From: Prorocentrum cordatum
Taxonomy: Eukaryota
NCBI GenBank assembly: GCA_963575745.1
Contig: CAUYUJ010000070.1
Span: 434,001-498,000, forward strand
DNA length: 64,000 bases
Direction: 5' to 3'
Shown piece by piece: positions 12,750 through 24,899 of the stretch (its first letter is position 1; the number at the start of each line of letters is the position of its first letter). The notes beneath the pieces were generated by a model. That model worked only from the letters and a program-made list of their open reading frames with translations, had not been told where the DNA came from and made no database searches. A program made the translations under genes and the position numbers.

Positions 12750-13690
12750 TTCAAGCAAAATTTTGCTTAAATTTGCTTGAATTTTGCTTTAATTTTGCTT
12801 GGATTTTACTTGGGGAAGCATTTTTCTGAAAAAATGCTTTCCGATAGTAGAATTTTGAAAATTTGCTTGAATTTTACTTTGCAAGCAAAATTTTGCTTGA
12901 ATTTTGCTTGGCAAGCAAAATTTTGCTTGAATTTTGCTTGGCGCGGCCCACTAAGCAAACTTCGAAGCACATTTTGCTTGGTCGGCTGCGCCAAGCATCG
13001 ATGGCGGTCGTGGTCTTTTGTGGCCACTACCGCCATCGATGCGAACGGATAGCTAGTGGAAGGGGCGTAGCAACAACAAATGCTTGGATATTACTTGGGC
13101 AGCGCAAAGCAAATTTTAAGCAAATTTCTAGCAAAATTTTGCTACGCGAAGCAAAATTTAAGCAAATTTCTAGCAAAATTTTGCTACGCGAAGCAAAATT
13201 TAAGCAAATTTCTAGCAAAATTCTGTTTCGCGCCTTCCACATCTTACCCGCTCACATCGACTGCGGTCGTGGTCCTATATGACCACTACCGCCATCACTG
13301 CGCACGGAAAACGTAGTGGAAGGGGCGTCGCAACACTTTGCGTTTCACTTGGGGGGGGGGGGGAAGTGTGGCAGCGCCAAGCAAATTTTAAGCAAATTTC
13401 TAGCAAAATTTTGCTACGCGAAGCAAAATTTAAGCAAATTTCTAGCAAAATTTTGCTTCGCCCCTTCCACATCTTACTCGTTCACAGCGATGGCGGTCGC
13501 ATCTTAGTTGCGCGGGGGGACGGGGGTGGCAGCGCCAAGCAACATTTAAGGAAATTTCTAGCAAAACTTTGCTACGCGAAGCAAAATTTAAGCAAATTTC
13601 TAGCAAAATTTTGCTACGCGAAGCAAAATTTAAGCAAATTTCTAGCAAAATTCTGCTACGCCAAGCAAACAAGCAAGTCGTCTAGCAAGC
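12750..13690. repeat. AT-rich palindromic repeat block (AAGCAAAATTTTGCTT; 39-bp unit gcaaaatttaagcaaatttctagcaaaattttgctacgc), with the two halves in opposite orientation
   Basis: Direct reading; 12750-12980 resembles the reverse complement of 13100-13680. Confidence 0.9.
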
Positions 13691-13719
13691 TGTTTCTACG
13701 AATTGCGATTCGAACGCGC

Positions 13720-14020
13720 CCAATATTTTGCAAAGCACCCCCTCCTTTTGTTTTGTTCGCAAAGGCCACCCCCTTTCCCCCGTCCTCCCGATTTCTGCGA
13801 AAGTCCTCACCCCACCTCCCCATGCCGATTTGTGCAAGGTCCCCCTCGCCCCCCGCCCCCGTCCTTCTGATTTTTGCAAAAGCCCCCCACCCCCCTTCCC
13901 CCCCGTCCTTCCGATTTTTGCAAAGCCCCTCCTCCCCCGTCCTTCCGATTTCTGCAAAGCCCCCCCACCCCCTTATTCCGATGTGTGACTCCCGATCTTT
14001 GCAAAGTCCCCCCCCCCGTG
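13720..14020. repeat. gatttttgcaaagcccc minisatellite, left part; continues at 19348-19600
   Basis: The same motif lies on both sides of element copy 2. Confidence 0.8.
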
Positions 14021-14664
14021 CCGTCGGAGTCCATTAGCAGGTCGGGCCTGCCAAATCAAGGGTGCTCTCGTGTCCTGTGCGTCGCGCTTCGTGTCCTCTG
14101 CATTCCCCGGGCAAGGGAACCCTTGTGTCCTGTGCTTTCCGCGGGCGTCGGCGGCTTGGCCCGCGGCGTTCTGGGCGCGTCGCGCCTCGGGGAGGTCGCG
14201 GCCCTGGTCACGGGTACCCTTGTGTCCTGGCACATCTGGGGGTTCGGTTCGCTTCGATGTAAGATTGTGGTTTTAGCGCCGCGCCGCCGGCGCCGCGGCG
14301 AAGGGCATGCTCTGCGATGTCCTCTGAGCGCGGCCGCGCCGCCAGTGAACCAACGACGCGTTCTCTCGAGGTCGCCCCCGCGCAGCAGGGTACTCCTGTG
14401 TCCGGTACTTGCCCAGCCCTGCAAGTTCGTTCATCGTCGCGTTCGGGCAGGTCGCGGGGCGCGCAAAGGGCACCCTGCCGTCCTGCGCATTGGCTTCACT
14501 TCGGCGGGCTCCTGGGAACAGCAGTGGAGGCGCGCTTTTGGCGGAGTCACGCGGGCGCTCAGCCTGAGCCTCATAGAGCGCTCTGTATTGTTCCGAATAG
14601 AAAAGACGCCGTGTTGGCTTGCAAACTAGAGCGCGCGCGCGCGCGGACGCGCGCTGGCGCGCGC

Positions 14665-17600
14665 GCGAGGAGTTCTGTATGGTCCACAACAGAAAAGCTG
14701 CCATGTAATTCCAAAAACTGAATTTGAAATTTCTGTGGCCCTTTAAGAAGGCCGACGGACGCGCCGACTTTTCCATTGTGGACAATACAGAAGTCCCCAC
14801 GCGCGCGGGCGCGTGCGGACGCGCGCGCGTCCGCGCGCGCGCGCGTGAGGAGTTTTGTATTGTCCACAATAGAAAAGCCGCCATGTAATTCCAAAAAACT
14901 GAGTTTGAATTTTCTGTGGCCCTTTAAGGAGGCCGAGGGAAATGTCGACTTGTCTATTGTAGACAATACAGAGGTCCCCACGCGCGCGCGCGCGTGAGGA
15001 GTTCTGTATTGTCAACAATAGAAAAGCCGCCATGTAATTCCAAAAACTGAATTTGAAATTTCTGTGGCCCTTCTAATGAGGCCGACGGAAATGTAGATTT
15101 TTCTTTTGTGGACAATACAGCAATCCCCACGCGCGCGCGCGCGCGTGAGGAGTTCTGCATTGTCGGCAATAAAAAAGCCGCCATGTAAATCCAAAAACTG
15201 AATTTGAAATTTCTGTGGCCCTTAAGGGGGCCGACGGAAATGCCGACTTTTCTATTGTGAACAATGCATGCGCCCCCACGCGCGCGCGCGCGGACGCGCG
15301 CGCGTCCGCGCGCGCGCGCGTGAGGAGTTCTGTATTGTCCGCAATAGAAAAGCCGCCATGTCATTTCCAAAACTGAATTTGAAATTTCTTGGGGCTTTTA
15401 AGGAGGCCGACGGGAATGTAGACTTCTCAATTGTGAATAATACCGAAGTCCCCAAGCGCAAGCGCGCGCGGACGCGCGCGCGTCCGCGCGCGCGCGCGTG
15501 AGGAGTTCTGTATTGTCCAATGGAAAAGCCGCCATGCAATTCCAAACGCTGAATTTGAAATTTGTGTGGCCCTGCAAGGAGGCCGACGGAAATGTCGACT
15601 TTTCTTTTGTGAACAATACAGAAAGTCCGCACGCGCGCGCGCGTGAGAAGCTCTGTATTGTCCACAATAGAAAAGCAGCCATGTAATTCCAAAAACTGAA
15701 TTTGAAATTTCTGTTGCCCGTTAAGGAGGCCGACGGAAATGTCGATTTCTTTATTGTGGACACTACAGAAGTCCCAACGCGCGCGCGAGCGCGCGCGCGT
15801 GAGGAGTTCTGTATTGTCCAACAGAAAAGCCGCCATGCAATTCCAAACACTGAATGTGAAATTTTTGTGGCCCTCTAAGGAGGCCGACGGAAATGTCGAC
15901 TTTTCTATTGTGGACAATGCAGAAGTCCCCGCGCGCGCGGGCGCGGGCGGACGCGCGCGCGTCCGCGCGCGCGAGCGTGAGGAGTTCTTCTGTATTGTCC
16001 ACAATAGAAAAGCAAACTTGTAATTCCAAAAACTGTATTTGAAATTTCCGTGGCCCTTTAAGGAGGCCAACGGAAATGTCGATTTTTCTATTGTGGACAG
16101 TACAGAAGTCCCCACGCGCGCGCGCGCGCGTGAGGAGTTCTGTATTGTGCACAATAGAAAAGCCGCCACTTAATTCCAAAAACTGAATGTGAAATTTCTG
16201 TGGTCTTTTCAAGATGCCAACGAAAATTTCGACTTCTCTATTCTGAACACTACAGAAGTCCCCACGCGCGCGCGCGCGTCAGCGCGCGCGTCAGCGCGCG
16301 CGCGCGCGTGAGGAGTTCTGTATCGTCAACAATAGAGAAGCCGCCATGTAATTCCAAAAACTGAATTTGAAATTCCTGTGGGCCCTTAAGGAGGCCGACG
16401 GAAATGTCGATTTTTCTATTGTGGACAATACAGAAGTCCCCACGCGCGCGCGCGTGAGGAGTTCTGTATTGTACACAATAGAAAAGCCGCCATGTAATTC
16501 CAAAAACTGAATTTGAGATTTCTGTGGCCATTTAAGGAGGCCGACGGACATGCCGACTTTTCTATTGTGAACCATGCGGAAGTCACCGCGCGCGCGTGAG
16601 GAGTTCTGTATTGTCCACAATAGAGAAGCCGCCATGTAATTCCAAACGTTGAATTTGAGAATTTTCTGTGGGCCTTTAAGGGGGCCGACGGAAATGCCGA
16701 CTTTTCTATTGTGAATAATACAGAAGTCCGCGCGCGCGCGTGAGGAGTTCTGTATTGTCCACAGTAGGAAAGCCGCCATGTATTTCCAAAAACTGAAATT
16801 GAAAGTTCTGTGGCCCTTTAAGGAGGTCGTCGGACATGTCGACTTTTCTTTTGTGAACCATACAGAAGTCCCCGCGCGCGCGTGAGGACTTCTGTATTGT
16901 CCACAATAGAGAAGCCGCCATGTAATTCCAAAAACTGAATTTGAAAATGTAGACTTTTCGATTGTGAACAATACAGCACTCCCCATGCGCGCGCGCGCGT
17001 GAGGAGTTCTGTATAGTCCCTAGTAGAAAAGCCGCCATGTATTTCCAACATCTGAATTTGAAATTTCTGTGGCTCTTTGATGAGGCCGACGGACATGTCG
17101 ATTTTTGTATTGCGGACAATGCAGAAGTCCCCACGCGCGCGCGCGGACGCGCGCGCGTCCACGCGCACGCGCGCGCGTGGAGTTCTGTATTGTCCACAAT
17201 AGAAAAGCAAACTTGTAATTCCAAAAAGAAGCTGAATTTGAAATTTCTGTGGCCCGTTAAGGAGGCCGACGGAAACGTGGACTTTTCTATTCTGGACAAT
17301 ACAGAAGTCCCCACGCGCGCGCGCGTGTGAGGAGTTCTGTACTGTTAACAATAGAAAAGCCGCCATGTAATTCGAAAAACTGAATTTGAAGTTTCTGTTG
17401 CCTTTTGAGAAGGCCGACGGAAATGTCGTCTTTTCTATTGTGGACAATACAGAAGTCCCCGCGCGCGCGGGCGCGTGAGGAGTTCTGTATTGCCCACAAC
17501 AGAGAAACAATTTTGTAATTGTAAAAACTGAATTTGAAATTTCTGTGGGCTTGTAAGGAGGCCGACGGAAATGTCGACATTTCTATTGTGGACAATACAG

Positions 17601-18644
17601 AAGTCCCCACGCGCGCGCGCGCGGACGCGCGCGCGTCCGCGCGCGCGCGTGAGGAATTCTGTATTTATTGTGCACAATAGAGAAGCCGCCATTTTATTCC
17701 AAAAACTGAATTTGAAATTTCTGTGGCGCCTTAAGGAGGCAGACGACAATCTCGACTTTTCTATTGTCAACCATACAGAATTCCCCCGTCAGCGCGCGCG
17801 CGTCAGCGCGCGCGCGTGAGGAGTTCTGTATTGTCCACAATAGAAAAGCCGCCATGTAATTCCAAAAACTGAATTTTAAATTGCTGTGGCCCTTTAGGGA
17901 GGCCGACGGAACTGTCGATTTTTCTATTGTGGACAATACAGAAAGTCCGCACGCGCCTGCGCGCGCGGACGCGCGCGCGTCCGCGCGCGCGTGCGAGCGC
18001 GCGCGCGCGCGTGAGGAGTTCTGTATTGTCCACAATAAAGAAGCCACCATGTAATTGCAAAAACTGAATTTGAAATTTCTGTGGGTAAGGAGGCCGACGG
18101 AAATGCCGACTTTTCTACTGCGAACAATGCAGAAGTCCCCGCACGCGCGCGCGCGTGAGGAGTTCTGTATTGTCCACAATAGAGAAGCCGCCATGTAATT
18201 CCAGAAACTGAATTTGAAACTTCTGTGGGCCATCAAGGAGGCCGGCGGAAATGTCCTATTGTGAACAATATAGAAGTCCCCACGCGCGCGCGCGAGGAGT
18301 TCGGTATTGAAATGTCAACAATTCTGAAATTGTGAACAATATAGAAGTCCCCACGCGCGCGCGCGAGGAGTTCGGTATTGTCCACAATAGAAAAGCCGCC
18401 ATGTAATTCGAAAAACTAAGATTGAAATTTCTGTGGCCCTTTAAAGAGGCCGACGGAAATGTCGACTTTGCTATTGCGAACAATACAGAAGTCCCCACGC
18501 GCGCGCGCGTGAGGAGTTCTGTATTGTCCACAATAAAGAAACTGCCATGTAATTGCAAAAACTGAATTTGAAATTTCTGTGGGCCTTTAAGGAGGCCGAC
18601 GGAAATGTCGACTTTTCTATTGTGAGCAATACAGAAGTCCCCAC
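14665..18644. repeat. Second array of the ~135-bp hairpin satellite, roughly 25 units
   Basis: Same consensus as 6983-10927. Confidence 0.97.
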
Positions 18645-19088
18645 GCGCGTCCTCTCGTTTGTTCCGTCCGCGTCCGCGCCAATTCTCTCTGGTCTTCTGC
18701 CATGGCGACAGGTCGCTCTCCCGCGGAATGGTGGTCTGCGCGTCCTCTCGTTTGCGCCGTCCGCGTCCGCGCCCATGTTCTCTGGTCTCCTGCCATGGAG
18801 GCAGGTCGCTCTCCCGCGGGAGGGTGGTCTGCGCGTCCTCTCGTTTGCGCCGTCCGCGTCCGCGCCCATGTTCTCTGGTCTTCTGCCATGGCGAGAGGTC
18901 GCTCTCCCGCGGGAGGGTGGTCTGCGCGTCCTCTCGTTTGCGCCGTCCGCGTCCGCGCCCATGTTCTCTGGTATTCTGCCATTGCGACAGGTCGCTCTCC
19001 CGCGGGAGGGTGGTCTGCGCGTCCTCACGTTTGCGCCGTCCGCGTCCGCGCCCATGTTCTCTGGTCTTCTGCCATGGCGACAGGTCGC
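18645..19088. repeat. 93-bp tandem repeat, about 5 copies (second block)
   Basis: Same unit as 10928-11370. Confidence 0.95.
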
Positions 19089-20579
19089 GTGACCGCCCCC
19101 AGAGGGAGGTGGGCGCGTGCGGCGCATCATGATTTACTTTTCTGCGCGGTGGGCGGCGCGGCCTGTCGGACACCCTTGGTGTCCTGTCCGACGTTGGCCC
19201 CCCGTCGCGGGGGCGCGGGTCGGCCGCGGGTGACCGCGGTCGCGGCCCCGAGAGGGTGCCCTTGTGTCCTGTGGTTCTGGGAGGTCATGTTGCCGTCGGA
19301 AGAGTCTTGTGTCCTGTCGCGTGTCCTGTGCAATGGACTCTGCCTGTAGTCCGATTTGCGCAAAGTCCCCGCTCGCCCCCGTCCTGTAGATTTTTGCGAA
19401 ATCCCCGCCGTCTCCAATATGTGCAAAATCCCCCCCCATCGCCCCCCCCTCGCCGTCCTTCTTATTTTTGCAAAAAGCCCCCCCCCGCCCGCCCCCCTTT
19501 CCCCCCCCCTTTCCCGTCCTTCCAGTTTTTGCAGAGCCCCCCCCTTTCCCGCCCCCGTCCTTCAGATTCCCCCCCCCCCCCACCCCCCCCCCGGCTTTTC
19601 GATTTAACGACGCCCCCCTCCCCCCCTCCCGCCCCTTCGCGATCGTTTCCCCCCCCTACTTCCCCCCCCCTCCCCTCCGCCGATTGCGGAGCGGGCCTTT
19701 CCGCATTATATTTCGGTGCGAACCTTGGCGGCGCATCAGGCGTGTGCGCCTTGGCACCCCGTGCCCCCCCCCCTCCCAGGCGGGCGAGCGGGCGGCTGCG
19801 GCGGGCAAGCGGTTGCGCATGTTGCGCCGGGGTGATTGGTCGAGGGCGCGGGGCCTTTCGGGGCGGTGACGCCGCCCGATGGCCGACCCCGAGCATGCCC
19901 GACGGGGAAGCGCAGAGGCGGGCAGCGAGCGATTGCAAGGCGCGCCGCGGATACCGGCGGGCGCCGTGGGCGAGCGGCAGGGGGCGATAAGGGAGATGGT
20001 TGAGCTTGGCTTGCGGCCGACAGGGCCTGATGGCGCGCGGGCTTGGCAGCGCGCGGGAAAGCGGCGGTGGGCCGCCGGGGGGGAGCGGGGCAGCGGCGGG
20101 CGGGGCGTTGCGAACGGGAAGGGGGGGGGGGCACATGCGGGAGGGGGAAGGAGGCGGGGGGGGTTCTAGTTTGGTTTTGCCCTGCCAATGCAATCCATAT
20201 TCCGATCGGACGCTCCTCCCGCTCTACTTTCGCCATTCTTCGCCGACGGGCTCTGATTGCAATTGCCATGCTGGAAGACATCGTTGACGCGCCGCGGCGC
20301 AGCATCCCACAGCGTTGCCCCGCTGCCTGGGAAGCGTCGGGTTGCTTGTCGGCCCACAAGGCCTACGTCGCGATCGCGCGAGCCCAGGGCCGCAGTGCGT
20401 CTGCCCAACCCCGTCCCTTGTTCCAACAGGTTTGTGCACTTCTGCCATGCCCTCTGCAACCCCCACTACATCAGTTCCCAAAGCAATTCTGCGTCGGGGC
20501 CCTCGGTCTGAAGCGACGGCGCCACGCGTCACCTTACTTCCCGCCCTCCCCCCCCCCCCAATCATCCCGCCCCTGTCCT

Positions 20580-21850
20580 GCGCTCCGTGCGTCAATGTCG
20601 GCGCACCCCTCCACGCGCTTCGTGGCCGCGTAGGGAATTGCATGCGAGTTCCCAGTGGCGACGTCTGCATGCGTCCGCGCCGCCCATTACGGCGCACCCA
20701 TCGCGCGCTTCATGGCCCCGTACGGATCCCCACGTAAAGCCCCCGCGGCGACGTTGACATACGTCGGCGCCACCCATGGCGACGCGCCCCTCGCGCGGTC
20801 CGCAGCCCCATGGGGGGCTCCGCCAAATCCACCCAGTGGCGACGTCCACATGCGTCCGCGCCGCCCGCAACGGCGCGCCCCTCAAACGTTTCGTGCCGTC
20901 ATGGGGAGCTCCACCCAAGACCGCAGTGGCGATGTTACATGCGCCAACGCTCCATAGGGTGCTCCACCGAAGGCCTCAGCGGCGGCGTTTACATGCGCCC
21001 GCGCAGCCCATGACAGCGCACCCGCGCGCCGTTCGTGGCCACGCAGCGAGCTCCCTGTACGGCACCACCGGCGATGTTTGCATGCGCTTGCGCCGCCCAT
21101 GACGGCGCGCCTGTCACAGTGTTCATGGCCCCAAAGCGAGCGCCGCCGAAGGCCCCAATGGCGACGTGCACATGCGCCCGCGCCATTCATTACGGCGCAC
21201 ACTTCGCACGGTCCGCGGCCCCATAGGGAGGCCCACGTAAGGCCCCAGCGCCGACGTATGCACGCGCCCGCGCCCCCAAGAAGGGCACACCGCTCACGCG
21301 GTTCGTGGCCGCGTAGGGAGCTCCGCCTATAGCTCCACTGGCGACCTCTGCGTGCACCCGCGCCACGCATCACGGCGCACCGCTAACGCGTCCCGTGGCC
21401 CCACGGGGGGCCTCGCTTGAAGCCCCGACGGCGACGTTTACGCGCGCCCGCGTCGCCCGTTACGACGCGCCCCTCAGACGGCTCGTGGCCCATGAGGAGC
21501 CCCATCTAAGGCCCAAGTGACGACGTTAGCATGCCCCCCCCCCTTCCCGCCCCCTCCCCCCACGCCCTCCCATTCACTCCGCCCGCCCACCCACCGCGAC
21601 CACCAGCATCAACACACACACACACACACACGCACGCACACACACGCGCACACACACGCACATACCACCACCACCACCACCACCATCGCCACCACCACCA
21701 CCACCACCACCCACCACCACCAGCACCACACTTATACACACCACACACACCAACACACACACACACACACACAGACACGCGCACGCACGCACACACACAC
21801 ACACCAACACACACAGACCACACACACACACACGCATTGTGGCGCACCCC
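20580..21850. repeat. Degenerate GC-rich minisatellite followed by a CA/CCA microsatellite
   Basis: Same family as 5200-6340. Confidence 0.75.
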
Positions 21851-22954
21851 GCGCGCGCTTCGTAGCCGCATGTGGAGCTGAAAGGGACGCGCCAGTGACA
21901 CTTGCCGATGCGTTGCCCCGTAGGAGGTTTCACCGAGGAGGGTGTTCACAAATGCTGCGCTCCCAATTGCACATGGTATGGCTTTTCGTCACGATGAGTA
22001 TATACCAGCTCTACGTCGTCCTACTACCACATGCCACACACTGGTTTCACATGACTCCTTCCTGTTCTGGAGTACTCGTCGGTGCTCATGTGGGTTTCGC
22101 GCTTCGTTGCTCAGGAGCCAGTCGTACTCGATTCACCTTCCGCATTACTGGAACAAACTTGCTCGACGCATGCACTAACTCTCGTGTTTTCTCTGGTCTA
22201 TTCCTCCCCTATGGAGATTACGTCCAGTCTGCTGCTCTGTGACGCGTATCGGTACCCTGCTTTATTTCTATAATGTGCATACTCTAGCGGTGATGCGCGC
22301 GTTGTCTACTCCTCTCTTACTTAGGGAGGGGGAATAAGGAGGTGCCCGCGCCCATGTCATTGCTGTTTTGTTTTGTTTTTCGCATCCAACGAATTGTTCA
22401 GGATTGTGGCCTCACACAAAGTTCAAAATCTCACGGACGTGCCTGAGCCACATGCAGCCTCGATGGGCGACGTTGCCGCAGTTGCTTGCTGCGACATGAG
22501 GCGGGCGTGGTTCCCACGCGCCACTCCAGCCATGCCGACCGTCGGCGCCGTCCTTCCCCTACTCTTCTAATGTCCCTCTGGCACATCATCATTCTCAATC
22601 GTATCCTCCCTGGTTCGATCCCGCCTCACATGTCTTCGGATCTCTCGCATCGCCCGCCCCCATTCATCAGCATCATATTTTCCAGCCTCCCCCATCGTGA
22701 ACAAAAAACACCAAGTAAAATTTTACTTGATTTTTCAATTCGTATGTAATTCAATTCTGTAGTCGTTGAGCTATATGAAAGACGGCCCGATAGAGCACCA
22801 AGACGGCGCAAGAGGGCCCCACACCGGCCCAAGACGGCCCCAAGGGACCCCCAAGACTGTCTGACGGGACGCCAAAGTAGCCTCAAGACGGCCCGAACGA
22901 GTTCTATGAGAGCTCCTCAAATAGTGAAGACGGCATGTGTCCCATGTGACGGCC

Positions 22955-23089
22955 TTCCTCTTCCTCCTCTTCTTCCTCCTCCTCGTCCTCCTCGTCCTCC
23001 TCCTCCTACTCCTCCGCCTTCCCCCTCCTCATCCTACTCCTCATAATCATCACCATCATCAGCATCAACATCATCAGCAGCAGCAGCAG

Positions 23090-23120
<31 letters not shown>

Positions 23121-23955
23121 AGTATCAGCGTCAGCATCATCATCAGCAGCAGCATCATCATTAGCATCATCATCAACAGCATAATCGTCATCATCGTCAT
23201 CGTTATCATCAGCGACAGCATCATCAGCATCGTCATCTGAATCATCATCATCACCAACACCATGGTCAGCATCATCATCAACAACATCAACGTCATGATC
23301 AGTATCGTCATCATCACCATCATCAGCATCCTCATCCTCATCCTCCTCATGATCATCATCCTCACCGTCATCGTCATCGTCATCATCATCGGCATCGTCA
23401 TCCGCATCATCAGTAGCGCAATCATCATCAACATCGTCGTCATCATCATCAGCAGCATCATCACCATCACCACCACCATCATCGTCATCATCATCATGAT
23501 CATCATCATCGTTGTCGTCGTCGACGTCGTCGTCATCACCGTCAACGTCGTGCTCATCAACATCAGTAGCAGAACCATCATCAACATCGCCATCGACACC
23601 ATCATCATCCACGCTATCATACTCGTACTCCTCATCATCATGGCACGAACCGTCAACATCATCAGCAGCGGCACCATCGGCCACATCACCCTCATCGGAA
23701 TCGTGATCATCATACTTATGAGCATCCTCAACAACATCAGCATCTTCGCCAGAAGTAACATCATCCTCATCGTAATCGTCGTCATCATCAATATCATACT
23801 TATCATCTCCATCATCATTATCAACTGCATCACCATCATCAACACCATCAACACCACCATCACCAACATCAACATCAACATCAACAATAGCATCATCATC
23901 TTCATCAGCTCATCATCATCATCATCATCATCATCAGCATCATCATCATCCACAG
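22955..23955. repeat. (CCT)n followed by a long degenerate (CAT)n tract
   Basis: Direct reading; produces poly-Asp/Met/Ile/His pseudo-ORFs. Confidence 0.95.
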
Positions 23956-24899
23956 CAGCAGTATCCCAGCGCACCCAACCCTGGAGACACGCGGTGCCAC
24001 ACGGGACGGCATCCCGTGCCCCCTCGAATCGTCGCCACCCAGAACACTGGGCTGGCGCGGTGGCGGGACTTACCGCAGACAGCTGGATAGAATGAGCACA
24101 TGCGTGAGATCGCTGAGCAAGAACAAATGCCCGAAGAAACTGGAACCGAAACCGGGCGGAGCCCTGCCCCTGCAAAAAGCGAAACGGCACGAGCAGCCCG
24201 CCCGAGGGCGCAAGCCGTGGAACGCCTTCCGGCTGTCAGCGGCTGCCCGCCCCGAAAGGCCGGACGCCAGGCTGGGCCTGCTGTCTGGCCGCCGCCGCGG
24301 ACCCCGCGCGCTCCGACGATGGCTGCGCGGACGGCAGCCCGTAGCCCTTCGCGCCGATGAGTAAGGCCCCCTGTGCGACTCGCGGAAGGTTCTCGCGCCC
24401 TTTCAGGAGCGGGTCAAACGGGCGCAGCAAGTGGCGAGGATCCACCGTGGCTGTCGTCCCGGACGTCTGGCAGCACACCGACAACCGAGCGTCGACGAGT
24501 TCGAGGGCTTTGCGACGGGTGCAGCACCACCCCGCTGCATGCTCAGCTGAGCTCTGGGCCGCGTCCCGCTGCTGGACAGGCTGGGAAAGGGCAAAGCGGG
24601 CAGGCCTCACAAGTCTGTGACAGCACGACCACCGCCAGGGGTAGTGTATCACGCACAATCTGGCAGGAGCGATCATCCAAGGGACCTGGCCCATCCAAGG
24701 GAGTGAACGCGTGTGTACTTATGCATGTACAGGTCGGTCGGAAGAAGTAGGTAGAAACATGAAGTAGGAAGGCGGGAGAAGTAGCGTGGGTTCGGGGCCG
24801 CCCACAAAAAAAAACACCCACGATGATTACAAGAAATAGATTACGATTTCTGGGCCCTCTCTTAGCGGCGCACAACAGCCCAAGGTCGTTCGGCCCCAT

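Larger units (their letters stand above)
14021..19346. mobile_element. 5.3-kb non-autonomous TIR element, copy 2
   Basis: Ends read TG|CCGTCGGAGTCCATT ... AATGGACTCTGCCTG|TA. Interrupts a minisatellite and is colinear with 6349-11629. Confidence 0.85.
2845..22763. mobile_element. ~19.9-kb interval bounded by 52-bp imperfect terminal inverted repeats; putative large non-autonomous DNA transposon
   Basis: 2845-2896 matches the reverse complement of 22712-22763 at 43/52 positions, both containing the palindrome CAAGTAAAATTTTACTTG. No TSD found. Confidence 0.55.

Noticed and set aside
6983..18644. CRISPR-like array (palindromic repeats with variable spacers)
   Set aside because: Repeats are ~135 bp, the variable parts are only (CG)n, there are no cas genes and the context is eukaryotic.
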